Origin: an uncultured Thermoplasmata archaeon
Lineage (GTDB): Archaea; Thermoplasmatota; Thermoplasmata; Halarchaeoplasmatales; Halarchaeoplasmataceae
Direction: 5' to 3'
Length of the DNA stretch: 45,469 nucleotides
Assembly: GCA_964399335.1 (NCBI GenBank)
Contig: CAYNQI010000007.1
Coordinates: 1-45,469 of the forward strand
Part shown: one piece after another, positions 1-6,647 of the stretch
Layout of the letters: each line of letters opens with the position of its first letter
How positions within the stretch are numbered: the stretch's first letter is position 1
Made by a program: the position numbers and the translations under genes
The notes under the pieces: model-generated
What the model was told of the DNA's origin: nothing
What the model saw: only the letters and a program-made list of their open reading frames with translations
The model's database searches: none

Positions 1-646
1 TTTTTCCCCAACCTAACGAAAAAAGGCTGTAGTCGTCATGTACCCTATTAAATGGAATATTTCTCCTTTTAGCAGCCTCTAAAATAGTTTTAGTGCTCGG
101 TCCAAGTTTTCCTTCTTGGAATATGTGTTCAGCCTCATCAAGAATTAATTCAACCTCTTCTTCTAATACATCCACATCGGAGTCTTCTTGAATTAGTTGA
201 TTGAATAAATATATTGCCTCCGAGATCGATAATATCGCTAGATCTTCAACCTCATATTCCATGATTATGTTGTACAAACTACCATTTTCTCTTCTAGCTT
301 TTCCGAAATAAACCTTAGACCCTATGGTATTCTGGATAGATATCGCCATGTGTTCGATTATATGTGCTGGATATGTTCCTTCGTACAATCTCTCAACGAA
401 TCCTCCTTTTCGATTTTTTGAACAGGTATGTTCTTTCAATTCTGGAAGTAATGAAACTAACTTCTCTGCAAATTTAGCATTGGAAGGAAAATCTACTAAT
501 TCACCAAGATCTATTGTAACCTGTACCACTGGAAACATAGCGTGGATATTGGGTCCTCTGAAGAATCTTTTTTCAACTATTTCGACTTCATTTATCTTTT
601 CTTCATTTTGTGCGAAAGTTATCGCTCTTGTATTTGTTAAACTCAT
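1..646 (-). CDS. cphA: Cyanophycin synthetase (CphA1-like), N-terminal ~215 aa; truncated by the left window edge
   Basis: Not in the ORF track. My minus-strand translation from ATG 646 (RBS AGGTGAT upstream) stays open to base 1: MSLTNTRAITFAQNEEKINEVEIVEKRFFRGPNIHAMFPVVQVTIDLG...KEHTCSKNRKGGFVERLYEGTYPAHIIEHMAISIQ...VYFGKARR...LGPSTKTILEAAKRRNIPFNRVHDDYSLFSLGWGK. The RGPN, HxC..GGFxxR..EGT..HxxEH, FGxxR and LGPST..RxIP..LGxG motifs match the CphA N domain and the start of the ATP-grasp domain. Confidence 0.85.
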   Translation of the reverse strand, partial: MSLTNTRAITFAQNEEKINEVEIVEKRFFRGPNIHAMFPVVQVTIDLGELVDFPSNAKFAEKLVSLLPELKEHTCSKNRKGGFVERLYEGTYPAHIIEHMAISIQNTIGSKVYFGKARRENGSLYNIIMEYEVEDLAILSISEAIYLFNQLIQEDSDVDVLEEEVELILDEAEHIFQEGKLGPSTKTILEAAKRRNIPFNRVHDDYSLFSLGWGK

Positions 647-860
647 TTAGATCACCTTTTTAATCGTTGATTCTTCCTTGTTGTTAGATACCTCCCTCTA
701 TGGTGTGTATCTCATATCTGAAAGAATTAGTTAGAGGAATGCTATCAATTATATATAGCTATCGGTCGCATTATATATATCAGACAAAACTAAATATATT
801 ATAACACAGGTAATGTTATATGCAAAATTTTATATCTGTTTCCATTCTATTTTTTATTTG

Positions 861-1829
861 ATGAAAGGATTGTTTATTGGAAGGTTCCAACCGTTTCATA
901 ATGGCCATATGGCCGTTGTCGAGCAGATGACAGAGGAATGTGATTCCATCATCATAGGCGTAGGTAGTGCTCAGAAGGAGAGGGAGATAAACGATCCTTT
1001 GTCTGGGGGAGAACGTATAGAGATCATAAGAAAGGTATTAAAAAACAGGTCATCCATACCTTTTGAGGTCTACCCGATTCCGGACATAAATTGCTACCCA
1101 GCTTGGGTACATTATATCAAAGCTATACTTCCCAGATTTGATAGAGTCTATGCTAATTCATCCGTGGTAATTCGTCTTTTTGAAGAAACTAGGATCGAGA
1201 CCATTCAAGTCAAAGAAGTCAACCGAGATGAGTACTCCGGAACGGAGATAAGAAGAAGGATCGTAGAAGGTGAAGAATGGACACATCTAGTTCCAGAAGA
1301 GGTTGCTGAATATTTAGAGGTGATATATATGGAAGAAATGTTAAAACCAACTATTGGTATAAGTTCTGAAACTGAAAAAAAAGCTGCTCATTTATTGACG
1401 AAAAACAATTACACTATATCCACCGCAGAATCCTGTACAGGAGGTCTGATCGCACATAGATTGACAAATATACCGGGCTCTTCAATGTATTTCTTATCAG
1501 GTCTAGTTACTTACAGTAATGAAGCGAAGATCGAACATCTAGGTGTAGATAGAAGTGTTCTTCATGATAAAGGTGCTGTAAGTGCAGAAGTAGCCTCTCA
1601 GATGGCAGAAGGTGTTCGAAAAAAGATAGGCACCGATATAAGCTTAGCTACTTCAGGTATCGCTGGTCCCGGCGGTGGTACTGAGGAAAAACCAGTAGGT
1701 ACAGTTTATATGGCTTTAAGTGATAAAGAGGGAGTGCAATCAAAAAAATATCATTTTTCAGGTAATCGATGGGAAGTGAAAGAACAAACATCTGAAAAGG
1801 CGCTTCGATGGGTAATAGAATATTTTTAA
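861..1829 (+). CDS. NMN adenylyltransferase (NadM) fused to a CinA C-terminal/PncC NMN deamidase domain
   Basis: N half has GRFQPFHNGH (HxGH) and SGTEIRRRI. C half has TAESCTGG and SGIAGPGGG. The start is more likely ATG 861 (MKGLFIGRFQP) than 813. Confidence 0.9.
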   Translation: MKGLFIGRFQPFHNGHMAVVEQMTEECDSIIIGVGSAQKEREINDPLSGGERIEIIRKVLKNRSSIPFEVYPIPDINCYPAWVHYIKAILPRFDRVYANSSVVIRLFEETRIETIQVKEVNRDEYSGTEIRRRIVEGEEWTHLVPEEVAEYLEVIYMEEMLKPTIGISSETEKKAAHLLTKNNYTISTAESCTGGLIAHRLTNIPGSSMYFLSGLVTYSNEAKIEHLGVDRSVLHDKGAVSAEVASQMAEGVRKKIGTDISLATSGIAGPGGGTEEKPVGTVYMALSDKEGVQSKKYHFSGNRWEVKEQTSEKALRWVIEYF

Positions 1830-1837
1830 TGAACTTC

Positions 1838-2197
1838 TTATTTGATCTCTCTTATCTTTTCTGCAGCTTCAAATATAATACTTTCAGTTTTTTCTATGTC
1901 TTCTACTGAATCAACTATAGCGGATAAAAACATCTTTCGTCCAGCAACAACTATTATTATCTTTCTATCATTTGAATCAATGGTTATCTTTTCTAAAGGT
2001 TTTCTGTCTAATTCCGAGTTGGCGGTTTTGGCGGCCCCTAAAATAGTAGCACACATTATAGAATAAGTACTTTCGTTAACTTTTATAGGTAGATCGGATA
2101 CAATAGGTGTTCCATCTCTATCGATTACCGCCGAACCGTAAACACCTTTATTCGCTAATTCATCTAAAATATCTTCTATATCTTCTTTATTTACCAT
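1838..2197 (-). CDS. Roadblock/LC7 (MglB-like) domain protein
   Basis: 119 aa with the GSAVIDRDGTPIVSDLP...MCATILGAAKTANSEL pattern typical of Roadblock/LC7. Confidence 0.85.
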   Translation of the reverse strand: MVNKEDIEDILDELANKGVYGSAVIDRDGTPIVSDLPIKVNESTYSIMCATILGAAKTANSELDRKPLEKITIDSNDRKIIIVVAGRKMFLSAIVDSVEDIEKTESIIFEAAEKIREIK

Positions 2198-2208
2198 CCT
2201 TCAACCTC

Positions 2209-2622
2209 TTAAAACTTAACACTGATATCAAAAACACATTCTTCGTCACCCATACTTTGGCATTTTTCTTCAGTAACATCGACTATATTACCGGTACCTT
2301 CTTCATAGACTATGGCCAACATACCTCTTAGCCTATGACACGTAGGATGATCTGTGTCTTCTTTAACTTCTATACCACCTTTTGCTATCGCCTTTGATTT
2401 TTCCATTTCTATCTCTTCAGCCCAACCTCTTGCCTGAATAATTTTAGCAGCCTTGATTGTGAAATCATCATTTTCTTGTACTACCTGCATTATTCCTTCT
2501 CCAATGACCTTTCCTTCCCTAAAGAATAAACCCTCATATGCAGTTGACATCACTTCTTTATAAAAGCCTGCTATTTTTTGTAATTCCTCTTGAGACAGTT
2601 TAACGAATTTCATTTTTGTCAT
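2209..2622 (-). CDS. V4R (4-vinyl reductase) small-ligand-binding domain protein
   Basis: GW motif, PTCHRLRG and the C-terminal EEKCQSMGDEECVF V4R signature (three Cys). The start could be 2613. Confidence 0.85.
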   Translation of the reverse strand: MTKMKFVKLSQEELQKIAGFYKEVMSTAYEGLFFREGKVIGEGIMQVVQENDDFTIKAAKIIQARGWAEEIEMEKSKAIAKGGIEVKEDTDHPTCHRLRGMLAIVYEEGTGNIVDVTEEKCQSMGDEECVFDISVKF

Positions 2623-2643
2623 CTCGCGTTAGGTCAATACCTT

Positions 2644-3207
2644 TCATCGACATTCGGGGCACAGCAATGAACTGTTTTGGGAGACTAGTTTATCTGAATA
2701 GATCCCGCAACTTTCACAATATCCTGAGATCTCTCTTTCCTTTGGTTCATGGTATATATCTAGATCCTCTGGGTAGTGAATTCTAGCATATTCTCTTGTG
2801 ATATCCATCAAAGCCGGAGATAATTCAAGGATATCATTCTCTGTGATCATACCTATCATCTCACCTTCTCTAGTAACAGGTAGTCGTCGTATGTCTTTTT
2901 CAGCCATTATCCTAGCACAATCTAAGATTGTTTTGTCCCCTTCAATAGTGTGAACGGGAGTAGACATTATCGCTTGAACGGTAACTTCGGAGGGGTTCAA
3001 TCCTTCTGCGACTGTATCGAAAACTATATCGTTTTCAGTTATTATACCTTCTATCTCCTCTTTTTCATTCAATACAATGAGACTACCTACACCTGTATCT
3101 TTCATCAGCTGGGCAGCTTTTCTAACTGTCTCATTTTTTCTAATGATTATAGGTGTGAACGACATCACATCTTGAATTTGAACGTCCGGGTGTTCTAAAG
3201 TCTCCAT
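2644..3207 (-). CDS. CBS-pair protein with C-terminal zinc ribbon
   Basis: Two CBS repeats (GIITENDIV, GMITENDIL) followed by CESC-x15-CPEC. Start re-called at ATG 3207 (METLEHP); the track start at 3285 runs through a terminator/promoter-like AT-rich stretch. Confidence 0.88.
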   Translation of the reverse strand: METLEHPDVQIQDVMSFTPIIIRKNETVRKAAQLMKDTGVGSLIVLNEKEEIEGIITENDIVFDTVAEGLNPSEVTVQAIMSTPVHTIEGDKTILDCARIMAEKDIRRLPVTREGEMIGMITENDILELSPALMDITREYARIHYPEDLDIYHEPKEREISGYCESCGIYSDKLVSQNSSLLCPECR

Positions 3208-3301
3208 TTTATCCCAACTTGGTATAAAGTTATAACTGTTTAAATTTTTCGAAAGAAAAAATTTGGTTTTGAAGAAATAATCCATTGAAATTAGAGGAAC
3301 C

Positions 3302-3712
3302 TCAATTCTCTTTTTTATTATCTTTCAAAAATTCTGCCATTTTTTTATCTACATTTTTAACATGTAATATAAGCCAATCCATCAAGAATCGTTGAACATC
3401 TAGAGCAAAAGAATTAGAAGGTCCTTCTTCCTTTAATTTGTTTTTTAATTTATTTACCACATCAAAAAATTCCATATGTCTTTTTCTGTGTTCGTGGATA
3501 TCATCGTAACCATATTCCTCCATAATCCGCTCTTCAGATTCGAAATGATATTCTGCATATGAAACCAAGAAATTTAAAAGATAACTAAGTTGCTGCTTTT
3601 CTTTGTTTTTGGCTATAGCCTCAGTAAACTTTTCAGTACGTTCCATCAACTCAGTATGCTGTTTATCTATTTCTTCGATTCCTGTTGATAATTCCTCCTC
3701 TAATTGAATCAC
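3302..3712 (-). CDS. Single-domain bacteriohemerythrin
   Basis: All di-iron ligands are present in order: IDKQH, HFESEE, HRKRH, WLILHVKNVD. GTG start. Confidence 0.92.
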   Translation of the reverse strand: MIQLEEELSTGIEEIDKQHTELMERTEKFTEAIAKNKEKQQLSYLLNFLVSYAEYHFESEERIMEEYGYDDIHEHRKRHMEFFDVVNKLKNKLKEEGPSNSFALDVQRFLMDWLILHVKNVDKKMAEFLKDNKKEN

Positions 3713-3791
3713 ATAACACCATTATATCAATTATGTAAATGAAATATATAACGATTATTGAGGGATAACAAATCTATTTCATCTAAAATAC

Positions 3792-3798
3792 TTATATA
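3792..3798 (+). promoter_or_regulatory. Probable TATA box of serS (short or no leader)
   Basis: TTATATA preceded by an A-rich BRE-like segment, about 30 nt upstream of ATG 3828. Confidence 0.45.
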
Positions 3799-3827
3799 GC
3801 TTTTCGATATACAGTTTTTAGGTAAAC

Positions 3828-5345
3828 ATGGAATTCGAGCTTGAAGCAGTTCTCTCCTTCAGCGGAGAGATAGACGAGATCAAAGATGATATATCTAAGA
3901 TCATATCAGAAGCAAATGAAGATATTCTAAAAAGAGGAATACCAAAAAATGTAGAGTCTAGCGGAGCCTCAGTGGTTGAACATATCACAGATGGCAAAGA
4001 CCTTCATGTAAAGATATCTTCTGATAGATACGTGAGAGCACATGATGCAGTAGTTCGTTTGAGAAAAAAACTGAGTGAAGAGATGGGTAAAAAACATCAC
4101 GTAGGTGTAAGAGATATTAAAATAAAAGAATATCAGATCTCCTTCAGGCTGGAGAATGAACCAAAAAACCCGATCAAGTTGCCTTTCGTTGATTGTATAA
4201 ATTTTGCTGGTAAAAACTGTTCGATTTCGGTGAGCAGTCTTACAGAAGAGCAACTTCAAAGAAATTTTGTAGATAGAATAATCAATCGAATAAAAGAGAA
4301 GGTTCATCATCAATATTATGAAGGGAAAGAGGAGAAATGGGAACTAGTTTGGGAATCTAAGAAGAAAGATATCGTTTGGAACGAAGACCCGACAAAAGCT
4401 ATGGAAGAGAAAGGTTGGATAAAGAAAGGTCCGACCAAAGGTAAATGGTTTTACCGACCTCAGGCTGCAAAGATATTGAAAACCATGGAAAAGATAGCAG
4501 TTTCTGAAGTCCTTTCACCACTAGGGTTCGAAGAAATAATTGAGAGTATGATGGTGCCCTTTGACGTTTGGATCGATACAGGTCACATGGAAGGTATACC
4601 CAACGAAGCTTATTACATATCAGAACCTAAAACAAGAGATCCTGCTGAATGGGAGGGGATAGTTGATGAAATCAAGATATCTCAAGAGGTTCCAATTAAA
4701 AAGCTGGATAATATGACAACATCCCCAAGAGCCGGGGTCTGTTATGCACAGTGTCCCGTGATCTATTGGTCACTCAAGAATTGCACCATATCCGATAACA
4801 GTTTACCAGTTTTGATTTATGATAAAACCTCACCTAGTGCTAGATATGAATCCGGGGGGCGCCACGGTATTGAACGAGTTGATGAATTTCATCGAATAGA
4901 ACCTGTATATATAGGTACGAAGGATCAGTTGATAGACCTAAAAGAGAAACTTATCGAAAGGTACAAGTTCGTATTCAAAGAGATATTGGAATTAGAATGG
5001 CGGATGGCTAATGTAACTCCATTCTACCTTCAACAAGCAGGAGAAGAAGAAGAGGACGGGGAAACAGAATTAGGTACCGTCGATTTCGAAGCATATCTTC
5101 CATATCGAGGGTCTAGGGAAAAAAGTGAGTGGTTGGAATTTCAGAATCTTTCGCTTTTCAAGAAGTATACTGAATCTTTCAACATCAAATCTCAAACGGA
5201 AGAGCTTTACTCTGGATGCACTGGTATCGGTCTAGAACGATGGGCATCAGCATTCCTGGCTCAGAAAGGTTTAGATCCTGAAAATTGGCCGGAAGAATTT
5301 TTAAAAAGATTTGGAGATATGCCTAAAGGGATCGAATTACTTTAG
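3828..5345 (+). CDS. serS: Seryl-tRNA synthetase, atypical methanogen-type (SerRS2)
   Basis: Large alpha/beta N domain (RYVRAHDAVVRLRK) in place of the bacterial coiled coil. Class II motif 2 RYESGG.HGIERVDEFHRIE, motif 3 GCTGIGLERW, and the Zn-ligand motif CYAQC. Confidence 0.9.
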   Translation: MEFELEAVLSFSGEIDEIKDDISKIISEANEDILKRGIPKNVESSGASVVEHITDGKDLHVKISSDRYVRAHDAVVRLRKKLSEEMGKKHHVGVRDIKIKEYQISFRLENEPKNPIKLPFVDCINFAGKNCSISVSSLTEEQLQRNFVDRIINRIKEKVHHQYYEGKEEKWELVWESKKKDIVWNEDPTKAMEEKGWIKKGPTKGKWFYRPQAAKILKTMEKIAVSEVLSPLGFEEIIESMMVPFDVWIDTGHMEGIPNEAYYISEPKTRDPAEWEGIVDEIKISQEVPIKKLDNMTTSPRAGVCYAQCPVIYWSLKNCTISDNSLPVLIYDKTSPSARYESGGRHGIERVDEFHRIEPVYIGTKDQLIDLKEKLIERYKFVFKEILELEWRMANVTPFYLQQAGEEEEDGETELGTVDFEAYLPYRGSREKSEWLEFQNLSLFKKYTESFNIKSQTEELYSGCTGIGLERWASAFLAQKGLDPENWPEEFLKRFGDMPKGIELL

Positions 5346-5466
5346 TCCGAAAAACTTACAACCAACCAAAAAGTAGTTATATTAATTATATTTACTTGCA
5401 ATTTACCTTACCGACGTAGATCGGTATTATATGATTTAAAATCCTCAAGATTCAAGGAGAATTACC

Positions 5467-6384
5467 ATGGCTAGACAAAAATCCAGGCGTGCAGGAAGAC
5501 GTGTCAAAGATAAATGGAAATCCAAAAGCTGGTACAGGATAGTAGCTCCGGATATGTTCGATGGGGCAGTTGTAGGAGAGACACCTGCTGCTGAACCTGA
5601 GGAACTTTTAGGAAGGACTGCTTCAATAAGTCTTCAAGACCTGACCGGCGATTTTTCTAAAGTTCATATCAAAGCAGAATTTAAAGTAAATGGTGTAAGA
5701 GGCGGAGAGTGTGTAACTAGATTCGTTGGTCATGATATGACCAGTGATTACATCAGGAGATTAACCCGTAGAAGAAGGTCGAAGATCGACTCAGTGTTCG
5801 ACACAAGAACTAAAGAAGGCTATACAGTTAGGATTAAAATTTTATCTGTTACGGATAAAAGGATAAATTCATCGATCAAACAATCCCTTAGAAAGAAAAT
5901 GAAGGAAATTTTAGATGATGTTGTACCAAAGTCAACATTACCAGAACTTGTCAGTAAGATGATCTTCAGTAATTTAGCGAAAAAGATTAAGAAAGAGACC
6001 AAAACGATATATCCTCTAAAAAGGGTCGAGATACGTAAATCAGAGGTCCGTTCAGTTCCTAGCGACGAAGAACTTGATGAAAAAATCGTAAGTCAGGAAG
6101 AATTAGATAAAGAAGCCGAAGAAAAAGCTGAAGAGGAACCAGAAAAGGAACCAGAAGAGGAAGAGGGCAAAAAAGAGGAGAAAAAGAAGACCAAGCCCGA
6201 GGTCATAAAGGAGTTCCAGGAGATAGAAGGAGTAGGTCCGACCATGGCTGAAAAACTGTACGATGGCGGATACAAATCAGTCAAAGAGTTGAAAGAAGCT
6301 ACTCAAGAGGAACTTACCGACGTTGAAGGCGTAGGTCCTGCATTCTCTGAAAAGATCATCAAGGCCCTTCATCCAGAAGAGTAA
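5467..6384 (+). CDS. rps3ae: 30S ribosomal protein S3Ae (eS1) with an acidic/Lys linker and C-terminal tandem helix-hairpin-helix domain
   Basis: KDKWKSKSWY, FVGHDMTSDYIRRLTRRR and IYPLKRVEIRKSEV are S3Ae motifs. About 100 extra residues follow, with two EGVGP HhH motifs. Confidence 0.95.
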   Translation: MARQKSRRAGRRVKDKWKSKSWYRIVAPDMFDGAVVGETPAAEPEELLGRTASISLQDLTGDFSKVHIKAEFKVNGVRGGECVTRFVGHDMTSDYIRRLTRRRRSKIDSVFDTRTKEGYTVRIKILSVTDKRINSSIKQSLRKKMKEILDDVVPKSTLPELVSKMIFSNLAKKIKKETKTIYPLKRVEIRKSEVRSVPSDEELDEKIVSQEELDKEAEEKAEEEPEKEPEEEEGKKEEKKKTKPEVIKEFQEIEGVGPTMAEKLYDGGYKSVKELKEATQEELTDVEGVGPAFSEKIIKALHPEE

Positions 6385-6402
6385 TAATATTTTTATCGCA
6401 AA

Positions 6403-6531
6403 GTCGGGGTAGCTCAGCCTGGCGGAGCGCTAGACTCATAGGGAATGACAAAAGCGTTCCTATTAAAAAAGATGAACAGGTATTCTTCCTGGGAAATCTA
6501 GAGGTCGCGGGTTCAAACCCCGTCCCCGACA
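6403..6531 (+). tRNA. tRNA-Met(CAT), probably elongator, with a 55-nt intron at canonical position 37/38 (6441-6495)
   Basis: Acceptor stem GTCGGGG/CCCCGAC, D arm GCTC/GAGC, anticodon stem CTAGA/TCTAG, T loop TTCAAAC. A bulge-helix-bulge forms: CTCA/TGGG central helix, TAG and AAA bulges, outer helix GGAA/TTCC. No encoded CCA. Confidence 0.93.
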
Positions 6532-6557
6532 TTTTTTCATTTTTTAACTATTTTATT
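6532..6557 (+). terminator. Oligo-T archaeal terminator after rps3ae/tRNA-Met
   Basis: TTTTTTCATTTTTTAACTATTTT directly 3' of the tRNA. Confidence 0.55.
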
Positions 6558-6647
6558 TCTAGATAGTCAAGATCAACCTAAAATGTCAAATCCGAACGTA
6601 TAAATATTTGAGATGTTGTTGTTTGTTATGTTTTCCGAGGAAAAACC

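Noticed and set aside
324-650. 108-aa plus-strand ORF in the track
   Set aside because: Antisense shadow of the cphA-like gene, which has the RBS and family motifs.
1-3800. Left end looks more AT-rich than alaS/prf1/znu: possible transferred island
   Set aside because: Not quantified; no integrase, att site or flanking repeat seen; RBS style matches the rest of the window.
6441-6495. Box C/D guide RNA inside the tRNA intron (as in archaeal tRNA-Trp)
   Set aside because: Only weak look-alikes (AATGACA, AGATGAA, CTGG); no canonical RTGATGA/CTGA pair.
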